A stretch of 64,000 nucleotides of DNA from Opitutia bacterium (GTDB lineage Bacteria > Verrucomicrobiota > Verrucomicrobiia > Opitutales > Opitutaceae): assembly GCA_947478395.1 (NCBI GenBank), contig CANJVR010000001.1:608001-672000 (forward strand), in the 5' to 3' direction. Position numbers and translations under genes: made by a program. Positions within the stretch are counted from its first letter, which is position 1. Each line of letters starts with the position of its first letter. Below are positions 55,328 to 64,000 of the stretch, one piece after another. Below the pieces are notes generated by a model. The model searched no databases. It was not told where the DNA came from and was given only the letters and a program-made list of their open reading frames with translations.

Positions 55328-58300
55328 TTACAAATCGAACGTCGCCGTGAAGATGAACTGGCGCGGATCGACGATACGGAAGCGCCAAGGCGTTCCGTCA
55401 GGATTAACCGCCGTGGGCTGAAGACGACCGCTCTCGTTTACGTTGTTCACGTTAACTTGGAAACGGGTTCCGATGCGATTGTTGAACAGCTTGGTGCGGT
55501 ACGTGGCCAAGATGTTGGCATTGCCCGTCGCTTTGTCGTAAATGGGCTTGGTTCTGTCCAGCGTGCGAACAACGCCGTCGGAATCAGCCGGACCCGCGAG
55601 ATAGCCGATCGCGCCTCGGCTGGCCCAGCGATAAGAACCACCGACGGAAACATTCTTAAGCCAATTGTTGTTTACCAAGCCACCCAGCCCGGCCAGCTGG
55701 AAGTTCGTAATGAAGTTCGCCGAGTATTCACGGGTCTGGGGCTTTTTCTTGCCCTGGGTCGTGATCGCCAGATTGAGCGGCGTCTGGATGTTGGCCGTGT
55801 AATAATCAACCGGGCGGCCGTTCGAGCCCTGGGTCGTGGTCCACCATAACGTTCCGTCGGGGGAACGGACCGTCGTCCAAAGCGGCAGGCGGAGATCAAT
55901 ATACTTCTGAATGAACAGCGAGATATTCGTATCGATCGCCTCCTGCTTGTTGCCCGTCACCTTGAGGGTCCAATACCGGGTGGGGTTAAGGTTGATTTCC
56001 AACTCATAACCCCGGGAAATCGCGTCGCTCGCGTCCCCGAACGTTTTGCCCCCGGCATTATTGATAAAGTCGAATGAATAGCCAATCTGCTTGGCGGCTG
56101 CGGTCTGCGCCTGTTCGAGCGTCAGGTTTGGATTGAGCTGCTGCTGCCAGCCAGTCGCTGCATCGTAGAGATTGAACGTCAGGTTCTGGCCGCCGGGATG
56201 GAAATCCATGCCGAGGACGCGCGTTGCGATCGTGCCGGTGCCGGCGCGGGTGTGGAATTGCGTCGTCTGATGATGGGTCAGCCGCATCGAAAACTTATTC
56301 GTGTAGTTGACCGTGATTCCGTACTCTTCGGCCACCGATGTCGGATTGGGCAATTGGTCGAGGAAGAGGTTATAGGCAACGTCCGCGGGCCGGAAGGTAT
56401 TGGAGCGGCTGAAGTTGAAGTTCGTGCCACGGATCAATTCCGCGATAAAACTGCCGGCGCCCGAACGCTCGTTGGCGATGCGATCGATGAAGGGGATAGC
56501 GCGGAACGGTTTTACGACGAGCCCCTTTGTCCGGGTTGTACCCTGAAGGTACTTCTTATTCTGGCCGAAACGGTCGAGCTCACTCGTGTCGTAGAAACCG
56601 TTGTACAGCGCGATAGGGAGATTGTCCTGGGTATTCGTGCGATCAACGCGGAGACCGAGCGTCGTAACAAAACGTCCATCCAACCAGAAATCCTGCGCGC
56701 TGGCGCCCAGCGTGCGAATCACGCGCTTTTGTTTATTTTGGGAGAAATAGATTTCCTGGATCGTCGCGTCCTCGCCCGTGACCCATTTGTTGGCCGTAGT
56801 GCTGAAATAAGATCCGGCACCTTTCACAAAACCGTTGGGATTGGTGGGACCAGGATTGCCGTATTCCACGCCGCCAGCCGGCGTTTTGCCGTAATAATAG
56901 AGCGGATAGAAGAGCGCGCTATTGACCGCGGTGAAATTCGAAGTCGGAAGCGGACTCGTGATGGCAGATCCGATGAAATTGGGGTTGTCCACGACCGAAT
57001 CATGGAAGCGGAGTCCGCTCGGCGCCGAGAATTTCGTGCTCGTTTCGCCATAGCCAGCCCAGCGGTGCGTGCCGAGCCATTTCTTCCATCCGGACTCCCG
57101 GACAAAATCAATTTGGAGCGCCGTTTGGGCCCGGTAGCTGTCCGAGAACAACGGATATTTGAAGACCTGCGGGGCTAGGCCGCCGATGAATGGGCGCAGG
57201 AAGAACGGATTGATCCGTTGGTCAACGAGGCGGAGATTCGTGTCCACCTCCAACACGGCCGGAACACCATCCTGCTGGGCGATGAATTGGCGGCGCGAAT
57301 CTTCCTGCTCTTCCCGGCGCCAAGCCGCGTTAAAGTCGAGGCGGGCATTTTTGACCTGGAAAATTTCCTGCTCGAGGCTGACGTTGAAGATCTTCGCCGA
57401 CATGATCTGACGATTGGGCGCACTGATGTTGACGCTGGTGTAATCGTAGATCGCTCGATCCGTGGTACCGGGGAGCGTGTAGAGAGGGCCAGCGGCGCTG
57501 ACGCCCGCACTTTGGGTGAATTGGTCCACCGCGGAAGGCGTATTGTTCGGCTGGCCACCCCGCATGAAAAAGTGGATTTGGCCGTCGTCGATGTACTGGA
57601 CATCACGGGCGTTGGAACTGCCCAGCAGGGAAATACCCGCGGGGACGTTGTTCGTCATCGTGGTGATGGCGGGCTGCAGCACGCCGTTGATGGTGAATCT
57701 CTGTGAGAGATTATCGTAGGTCGGGCTGCCGTTGGCCTTCCAGTTCGTAATCGTGTCGCGCGGCGTCACGGCGTTGGCGCGCTGCGCAAACTCGTGAAAC
57801 ATCTCGAAGGAACCGTTGATGCGGGTCGTCCGGAAAGGATTGAACGCGAGGGCGAACTGCTGACGGTTGGTGCGGTCGACCGAAGGCTTCCGTTGGTAGC
57901 CGACTTCGTTGTACACCGCGGAGAAGCGGAACCCGAGTTTGTTGCGAATGATCGGGCGATTCAGATCGATGCTGAAACGAAAGCCGCCGACGCTATCAAC
58001 CCGGGATGAAACGCTGGTGATCGCACGGCTGAGATTGCCGCGGCTTTGGTTGAGATTCACCGTGCCGCCAGCATCACTCAAGCCAGCGGTCGTTGAGTTG
58101 GGGCCACGGGCGATTTCAACGCTATCAAGATTGTACGGATCGATTGGGATGCTGCTGCTGGCCTCGAAGCCGCCAACGAGGATGCCAGCCTGCGCCAGAC
58201 CGCGGATACGATTAGCGCCGGTAGGATTGCCGGAAACGTTATCGTAGTTGCCACGGCCGTCATTGGTCGGATCCGTGAATTGCGCCGTACCCTCGGTGCC

Positions 58301-58744
58301 GACTTCGAATTGAAAAATGTCGTTGATATCGAGCGCCGCCGTATCGAGCAACTGCTCCTTGGTGACGACGGTCATCGAACTCGCGATATCCTCGAGCTTA
58401 GAGTTCAGACGAGTGCCGGACAGCGTGCTGGATGCCGCATAACCTTTGTCGTCTGCCCCGCTGACCTCGAAAGGGGAAAGCACCGTGACGTCTTTCGCCG
58501 TTTCCGCAGCGGAGGGCGCGGCGGTCTTCTCGATCGCCGCCGCTTCCTCTTTCGTAAGAGGCTTGGCCGGGTCCTTCTTCACAGCGGCGGGGGTGGCCGC
58601 AGCCGGGGACGTCTGGCCCGGTACTGCGGGCGTTGGCGTCGGGGCAACAGCATCAGCGCCACGCAGCGAAACAAAGGCCAAACATGCGGGCAACAGCGTC
58701 GCACGGGGCAAATAGCCAAGACGGGAGATCCAATTTGGTTTCAT
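55328..58744 (-). CDS. Large TonB-dependent receptor
   Basis: Signal peptide, Ala/Pro-rich linker, VLSPFEVS, RIRGL, VEIARGPNS, terminal TATFDL. Start set at MKPNWI. Confidence 0.92.
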   Translation of the reverse strand: MKPNWISRLGYLPRATLLPACLAFVSLRGADAVAPTPTPAVPGQTSPAAATPAAVKKDPAKPLTKEEAAAIEKTAAPSAAETAKDVTVLSPFEVSGADDKGYAASSTLSGTRLNSKLEDIASSMTVVTKEQLLDTAALDINDIFQFEVGTEGTAQFTDPTNDGRGNYDNVSGNPTGANRIRGLAQAGILVGGFEASSSIPIDPYNLDSVEIARGPNSTTAGLSDAGGTVNLNQSRGNLSRAITSVSSRVDSVGGFRFSIDLNRPIIRNKLGFRFSAVYNEVGYQRKPSVDRTNRQQFALAFNPFRTTRINGSFEMFHEFAQRANAVTPRDTITNWKANGSPTYDNLSQRFTINGVLQPAITTMTNNVPAGISLLGSSNARDVQYIDDGQIHFFMRGGQPNNTPSAVDQFTQSAGVSAAGPLYTLPGTTDRAIYDYTSVNISAPNRQIMSAKIFNVSLEQEIFQVKNARLDFNAAWRREEQEDSRRQFIAQQDGVPAVLEVDTNLRLVDQRINPFFLRPFIGGLAPQVFKYPLFSDSYRAQTALQIDFVRESGWKKWLGTHRWAGYGETSTKFSAPSGLRFHDSVVDNPNFIGSAITSPLPTSNFTAVNSALFYPLYYYGKTPAGGVEYGNPGPTNPNGFVKGAGSYFSTTANKWVTGEDATIQEIYFSQNKQKRVIRTLGASAQDFWLDGRFVTTLGLRVDRTNTQDNLPIALYNGFYDTSELDRFGQNKKYLQGTTRTKGLVVKPFRAIPFIDRIANERSGAGSFIAELIRGTNFNFSRSNTFRPADVAYNLFLDQLPNPTSVAEEYGITVNYTNKFSMRLTHHQTTQFHTRAGTGTIATRVLGMDFHPGGQNLTFNLYDAATGWQQQLNPNLTLEQAQTAAAKQIGYSFDFINNAGGKTFGDASDAISRGYELEINLNPTRYWTLKVTGNKQEAIDTNISLFIQKYIDLRLPLWTTVRSPDGTLWWTTTQGSNGRPVDYYTANIQTPLNLAITTQGKKKPQTREYSANFITNFQLAGLGGLVNNNWLKNVSVGGSYRWASRGAIGYLAGPADSDGVVRTLDRTKPIYDKATGNANILATYRTKLFNNRIGTRFQVNVNNVNESGRLQPTAVNPDGTPWRFRIVDPRQFIFTATFDL

Positions 58745-58925
58745 GAAAATAAAGGCAGCGAACAGCTTGGGTGGTGAATCAGACGGTTGGTGGTACGAAT
58801 GGATCCGCGCGTGGTCAGCGGCGAACCCGATGGGGCAAGGTAAATACGAACTCAAAGAACTACTTTTAATCGCAGGTCCGGAGAAACTCCGCGTCTACGG
58901 ACAGTCTTACTGGTCAATAGCCGTG

Positions 58926-60596
58926 TCAGAATTTAAGCAGCGTCACGTCCCCCGGCGGCGCGACGCGCGGCTGCACGTTCCGGAGAAGAACAAAGGCGGC
59001 CACGACCAAGACGCCACAGACCCCGATCAGCCAGTCGCCGTGTTCGACATAGAAACTCTGCCGGCCGATCCAACGGGCGTCACGAGTCACGTTTTCCGCC
59101 CCGGTGCCCCGGAAATAGACGCTCGCTCGCTCGTCGAGCGTCGTGAAGCGGACGTTGCCAAACTCGTCGATCCAACCACTCCAGCCGCCGTTGCCACAGC
59201 GGAGCACGGGGCGACGCATTTCAACCGCACGCAAAACCGAGTGCGCCATGTGCTGATAGGCGGCCGCGCCCTCCCCGTACCAGGCATCGTTGGTGAGCAC
59301 CGCAAGCACGTCGCTGCCAGCCCGGACACTCGCCCGCGCCAACGTTGGAAAAATATCTTCGTAGCAGATCAAAGTACCGACGGTGACCTGTGCGCCGCGC
59401 AACGTCATCACCAGCGGGGACGAATCCGGACCGGTTTGAAAATCATCGCCGACGGGCACGAATTTCTTGAGCCACCCAAAGACGGGGCGCATCGGCACAT
59501 ACTCGCCAAACGGCACGAGGTGACGTTTGGCGTAATAAACAGACGAAAGACCAAGGTCGGGCGTGACCAAAAACGCCCCATTAAACCATTGTTCGCCCGG
59601 CTGCCCGGCCTGCTCGATCGCGATCGAGCCGAGCAACAATGGCGTCCGGGCCCGCTTCGCCAGGCTCTCGACGAATCCACGCACATCATTGTTGCCGCGC
59701 ACCGCCCAAGGCGTCACCGCCTCCGGCCACAGGATGAGATCCGACCGCGAGCTGGCGGCAGCGAGCGTCGTCTTTTCCAAAACATCGAGAATCCCCGGCC
59801 CCTTCAACGGGTCCCATTTTACATCCTGCGGAATATACGGCTGCACAAAGGCAATCCGGGCAAGCGGCACCGTAAACCGGCCGCGATTGAAGGTCTCCTG
59901 GACGTGAATGCTCAGGCACACCAACAGCAAAAACAGAGCGAGGAAAAATTCCTGGCTACGTTTGTTGAGTCCGGTCGCTCCTTCGCGAAACAACCGGTGC
60001 GCATAAGCGGCAAATCCGAGATTCATCGCGACCAAAACAAATGACACGCCCCCCTGCCCCGTATACGCAGCGATTTGCAGGACGCTGATCCGCTCCCACT
60101 GGCTCGCCGCCAAGGGCAACCACGGAAACCCTGTTAACAGCCACGTCCGCGACCATTCGACCACAGTCCACGCCCCTGCCAGCGCGAGCAACACGAAGAG
60201 CCGTTCCATCGTCGGCCGTCCGATCATGCGCGGCATGGTCCACCACACCGCCAGAAACCAGACACCCACCCACGCCCCCACCACGGGCCCGAGGAGAAAC
60301 AAACCCACCCACGTCACATGGTGTAGCCAGCCCAGTAAGATGGTCCACGTCACCGCCTGCGCAGCGAACATCGTCCACGCGAAAAGTTTCAACCGCGGCC
60401 GCGTGTACGCCCAAAAAATCGCCGGCACGAAACACGCGTAGGCAAACTCCGGCGCCTTGAACGGCGGAAACGCCATCACCGTCAGCACAATGGTGAAAAC
60501 AAACACCGTCGCCGCCGCGACCATCTCGGCGTGACGCTGCCAAAACGTCGGCCGCGGGGCATAGGGATCGGAAACGCTCACGTCAGGGGACGGCAT
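58926..60596 (-). CDS. lnt: Apolipoprotein N-acyltransferase
   Basis: TGFPW, VQP, WPE, KRHLVPFGEY, ICYE and TNDAWY (E-K-C triad). Start set at MPSPDV. Confidence 0.95.
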   Translation of the reverse strand: MPSPDVSVSDPYAPRPTFWQRHAEMVAAATVFVFTIVLTVMAFPPFKAPEFAYACFVPAIFWAYTRPRLKLFAWTMFAAQAVTWTILLGWLHHVTWVGLFLLGPVVGAWVGVWFLAVWWTMPRMIGRPTMERLFVLLALAGAWTVVEWSRTWLLTGFPWLPLAASQWERISVLQIAAYTGQGGVSFVLVAMNLGFAAYAHRLFREGATGLNKRSQEFFLALFLLLVCLSIHVQETFNRGRFTVPLARIAFVQPYIPQDVKWDPLKGPGILDVLEKTTLAAASSRSDLILWPEAVTPWAVRGNNDVRGFVESLAKRARTPLLLGSIAIEQAGQPGEQWFNGAFLVTPDLGLSSVYYAKRHLVPFGEYVPMRPVFGWLKKFVPVGDDFQTGPDSSPLVMTLRGAQVTVGTLICYEDIFPTLARASVRAGSDVLAVLTNDAWYGEGAAAYQHMAHSVLRAVEMRRPVLRCGNGGWSGWIDEFGNVRFTTLDERASVYFRGTGAENVTRDARWIGRQSFYVEHGDWLIGVCGVLVVAAFVLLRNVQPRVAPPGDVTLLKF

Positions 60597-60735
60597 GAAA
60601 CGCTCAACGTCGACCAAGCCGGAGCTTCCCACAAGGCTGAAGGCGCAATGGCCCATCGCGCGAAGGCTGAGCGCGGCATGAGCAAGGTCGCGCTGGAACT
60701 TCCGCGCCCGGAGGTCACGCCTCTACCGCCGTCGC

Positions 60736-63735
60736 TCACGCCCCGTGGCAATTCTTGAATTTTTTGCCGCTGCCGCAGTGGCACGGATCGTTGCGGCCGA
60801 CCTTCGGCGCGTCGCGACGGATCGTGATTTTCGGCAGCTGAATTTCCGCCGGCGCTTCCATCGGCGCCGTGCTGGTCGAACCACCCGTCGTAACCGAGGT
60901 CGAGATCTGTGGCGCCGCGGTCGGCGGCGTATCGGAAGGGCCCACCGCGCGCACCGTGCGACTGAGCAACGCCAGCATGTTCTCAAAGCTCTCAATGTTC
61001 GACGCACTGCGGAACAGCCCGGTGCAGATTTGCAGCCGCACGTTGTTCATCAGCTCCTCGAAATATTTGTACGCCTCGCTCTTGTACTCCACCAGCGGAT
61101 CTTTCTGGCCGTAGCTGCGGAGGCCCACCGATTGCCGGAGATTTTCCATCTCGGTGAGATGTTCCTGCCAGTGGTGGTCGATGGCGTTAATGACGACGTA
61201 ACGCTCCAGCGCGCCCAGCGCCTCCGCCACCTCGACCGACTCCTTCACCGCGTAGGCGTTTTTGATTTTCTCAACGAGGGTCGCGGTCAACGCGTCGACA
61301 TCGTCGCCCGTCAGCTCCGTGGCGGCGATGCTGATGGGGAAATGGGTGTTGAGCCAGCCGACGAGGCTTTCGGTGCCCGACGCCGTCGCCCCGCCCTTTT
61401 CGCCGAAGCCGGCGACAGCGAGGCGCAGGGCGATTTCCTCGGCGACTTGCTCGAAGATGATGTCTTTCGGGCGGTCGGCGTGGATCGCCGCGTTGCGAAT
61501 CCCGTAGACCACTTCGCGCTGTTGGTTGAGCACGTCGTCGTACTGCAACAGGCGTTTGCGCACGGAGAAATTCTGCTGCTCGACTTTTTTCTGCGCGCTT
61601 TCAATCGAGCGATTGAGCCACGGATGCTCGAGTTCCTCGCCATCTTTCATCGAGCCTTCCATCAGGCGCGACGCGAGATTGCCCTGCAGGAAAAGCCGCA
61701 TGAGCTCGTCCTCGAGCGACAGGAAAAATTTAGTGAGACCCGGATCGCCCTGACGCGAACAACGGCCACGCAACTGACGGTCGATGCGACGCGACTGGTG
61801 GCGCTCGGTGCCCACGACCATCAGGCCGCCGAGATCGCGCACCCCTTCGCCGAGTTTGATGTCGGTGCCGCGGCCGGCCATGTTGGTGGCGATGGTCACC
61901 GCGCCGCGCTGACCGGCCCGCGTGACGATCTCGGCTTCCTGCTGGTGAAACTTGGCGTTGAGGACGGAGTGGATCACGCCGGCCCGTTTCAACATGCGTG
62001 AAAGCACCTCGGACGATTCGACGCTCACGGTACCGACGAGCACAGGCTGGCCGCGCGCATTGGCCTCGGAGATTTCCTTCACCACCGCGTTGAACTTGTC
62101 GCGGCGCGTTTTAAAAATGGAGTCGTTCCGGTCGACCCGGATGCAAGGCTGGTTGGTCGGAATTACCTGCACCGCGAGCCGGTAGATGTCCTGAAACTCG
62201 GTGGCCTCGGTCTCAGCCGTGCCGGTCATGCCCGCGAGCTTCTCGTACATGCGGAAGTAATTCTGAATCGTGATCGTGGCGTACGTGCGGGTCTCACGCT
62301 CGATCATGACGTTTTCCTTGGCCTCGACGGCTTGGTGCAGGCCGTCGGACCAACGCCGGCCGGGCATGACGCGCCCGGTGTTTTCATCGACGATCATGAC
62401 CTTGCCTTCCTGGACGACGTACTCGACGTCGCGCTCGTAGAGCGAATAGGCGCGGAGCAGCTGGGAAATCGCGTGGATCTCCTCGGAGACCTCGGCGTAG
62501 CGGTTTTGCGCCGCGAGCTTCAAGGCCTCGCGCTCCTCGGGCGTGTGCTTCGTATCCTTGTCGAGATCGGAAAATTCGGTGGCGAGATCGGGCAGTACGA
62601 ACGCGTCGGCGTTATCGGGTCGGAGCTGCTTGCGCCCGATCTCGGTGAGATCGGCCTGATGCTGACGTTCGTCGACGACGTAGAGGAGATCTTCCTTGAG
62701 CTTGTAGAGTTCGTCCTTGTTGAGGTCGGAGTTGAGGTCGGTCTCGACCTTGTCGAGCAGCTTGCGCAAGGCCGGGGTCTCGAAGAGGCGCAGGAGGAGC
62801 TTGTTGTTGGGCGCGCCCATTTTCACCTGCAGCATTTTCCGGGCGGCGAGATCGCGGTCGTCGGGCTTCACGTCTGGTTTTTCCAGAATCGCGGCCGCTT
62901 CGGACACGAGTCGGTTACAGAGGCGGGCCTGATCGTTGACCAGGCGCTCGATCGGCGGCTTGATGCGGGAGAAAGGCTGTTCGCGTTCGATCGGGGCGGG
63001 GCCGGAAATGATCAACGGCGTGCGCGCCTCGTCGACTAGGATGGAGTCGATTTCGTCCACGATGCAGAACCAATGATCGCGCTGGACCTGGTCTTCCTTG
63101 CGCGTGGCCATGCCATTGTCGCGGAGGTAATCGAAGCCGAACTCGCTCGCTGTGCCGTAAGTGATATCGCGGCCGTACATATCGCGGCGCAAGTCGGGCG
63201 ACATCTGCTGCTGGATACAGCCGACGGTGATGCCGAGAAAGTTGTAGAGATGCCCCATCCACTCGGAGTCGCGGCGGGCCAGGTAATCGTTGACGGTGAC
63301 GAGCTGCGTGTTCCGGCCGACCAACGCGTTCAGGTAAAGCGGGAGGGTGGAGACGAGCGTCTTGCCTTCGCCGGTGGCCATTTCGGCGATTTTGCCCTCA
63401 TGAATGGCGATGCCGCCGATGAGCTGCACGTCGAAGTGCACCATATCCCATCTCAACTCGTGCTCGCAGACCAACGCCGTCCGACCCACGAGCCGGCGCG
63501 CGGCGTTTTTTACCGTGGCGAACGCCTCGGGGAGAATCGCCTCAAGGGCCGCGTGTTTATCGGTGGCCGCGGCGAGGCGGGCACGAAATTCGTCGGTCTT
63601 GGCGCGCAGCTGATCATCGGTGAGCGTCTGGTAGGATTTCTCGAGCTCGTTGATGCGTGCGACGATGGGACGACACTTCTCGATAAATTTCCTATAGTGA
63701 CGGCCGGAAAAACGTTTGAAGAGAAGCGAGAGCAT
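60736..63735 (-). CDS. secA: Preprotein translocase SecA
   Basis: [60 protein letters not shown] and SEC-C motif [18 protein letters not shown]. Confidence 0.98.
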   Translation of the reverse strand: MLSLLFKRFSGRHYRKFIEKCRPIVARINELEKSYQTLTDDQLRAKTDEFRARLAAATDKHAALEAILPEAFATVKNAARRLVGRTALVCEHELRWDMVHFDVQLIGGIAIHEGKIAEMATGEGKTLVSTLPLYLNALVGRNTQLVTVNDYLARRDSEWMGHLYNFLGITVGCIQQQMSPDLRRDMYGRDITYGTASEFGFDYLRDNGMATRKEDQVQRDHWFCIVDEIDSILVDEARTPLIISGPAPIEREQPFSRIKPPIERLVNDQARLCNRLVSEAAAILEKPDVKPDDRDLAARKMLQVKMGAPNNKLLLRLFETPALRKLLDKVETDLNSDLNKDELYKLKEDLLYVVDERQHQADLTEIGRKQLRPDNADAFVLPDLATEFSDLDKDTKHTPEEREALKLAAQNRYAEVSEEIHAISQLLRAYSLYERDVEYVVQEGKVMIVDENTGRVMPGRRWSDGLHQAVEAKENVMIERETRTYATITIQNYFRMYEKLAGMTGTAETEATEFQDIYRLAVQVIPTNQPCIRVDRNDSIFKTRRDKFNAVVKEISEANARGQPVLVGTVSVESSEVLSRMLKRAGVIHSVLNAKFHQQEAEIVTRAGQRGAVTIATNMAGRGTDIKLGEGVRDLGGLMVVGTERHQSRRIDRQLRGRCSRQGDPGLTKFFLSLEDELMRLFLQGNLASRLMEGSMKDGEELEHPWLNRSIESAQKKVEQQNFSVRKRLLQYDDVLNQQREVVYGIRNAAIHADRPKDIIFEQVAEEIALRLAVAGFGEKGGATASGTESLVGWLNTHFPISIAATELTGDDVDALTATLVEKIKNAYAVKESVEVAEALGALERYVVINAIDHHWQEHLTEMENLRQSVGLRSYGQKDPLVEYKSEAYKYFEELMNNVRLQICTGLFRSASNIESFENMLALLSRTVRAVGPSDTPPTAAPQISTSVTTGGSTSTAPMEAPAEIQLPKITIRRDAPKVGRNDPCHCGSGKKFKNCHGA

Positions 63736-63838
63736 GAAAGGGCTGAGACGGTAGGCGCGGCCGATGCCTTGGCAAATGGCAAATGGGGGAAAGCGCCGCG
63801 GGAGCGTTGTCCGTCAGCCCGGCCCTCCATTCTCCAAC

Positions 63839-63912
63839 GTGGGGCGGCCCCCACCCCGCATTAACGTGCGATAATTTGCGACGTCGCTGCCGGGTGAGGG
63901 CACCCCGCCTAC
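63839..63912. repeat. Family A REP doublet, degenerate left arm
   Basis: CACCCCGCATTAACGTGCGATAATTTGCGAC...GGGTGAGGGCACCCCGCCTAC shares arms and spacer with 38942-39020. Confidence 0.8.
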
Positions 63913-63942
63913 GTCCGATCTAGCGCCGACAAAGCGATCCGA

Positions 63943-64000
63943 CTAAACCTGCGTCTTGAAGTACTCGATCGTGCGCCTGAGACCTTCTTCGAGGGGAACG
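63943..64000 (-). CDS. 3' end of an NAD-dependent nucleotide-sugar epimerase/dehydratase/decarboxylase (partial)
   Basis: VPLEEGLRRTIEYFKTQV* is a typical extended-SDR C-terminus; only 18 residues are visible. Confidence 0.6.
   Translation of the reverse strand, partial: VPLEEGLRRTIEYFKTQV

Noticed and set aside
58743..62001. + strand ORFs of 433 aa and 418 aa
   Set aside because: They are antisense to lnt and secA and have no recognisable domain.
62500..62950. Large insertion in the SecA preprotein cross-linking domain
   Set aside because: Long SecA variants with this insertion are, to my knowledge, common in PVC and Bacteroidota lineages, so it is not distinctive.
12287..63912. Recurring 20-26 bp repeats as a CRISPR array
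   Set aside because: They are dispersed inverted doublets, not tandem repeat-spacer units, and no cas genes are present.

Overview
A GC-rich bacterial chromosomal window, most likely Verrucomicrobiota (Opitutaceae-like). That call rests on the style of the TonB-dependent receptors, the standalone SWIB protein and the long SecA. In order it holds: a caa3-type cytochrome c oxidase operon with ctaG; an Rrf2-led sulfur uptake/cysteine operon; an NAD-dependent DNA ligase with a possible signal peptide; fhs; several ABC exporters; mgtE; pckG; a decayed GntR/hydrolase/TonB-receptor locus; and carbohydrate enzymes. After these come a candidate protein-glycosylation cluster, two large TonB-dependent receptors, lnt and secA. 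The cluster is a DPM1-like GT2, an STT3/AglB-like GT-C protein that keeps the catalytic motifs but lacks WWDYG, and two TMTC-like TPR GT-C proteins. Intergenic regions carry three small palindromic repeat families, one of which looks like a TA-ended MITE. I found no rRNA, tRNA, CRISPR array or transposase. All calls come from reading motifs by eye, and start codons I trimmed relative to the ORF track are my estimates.
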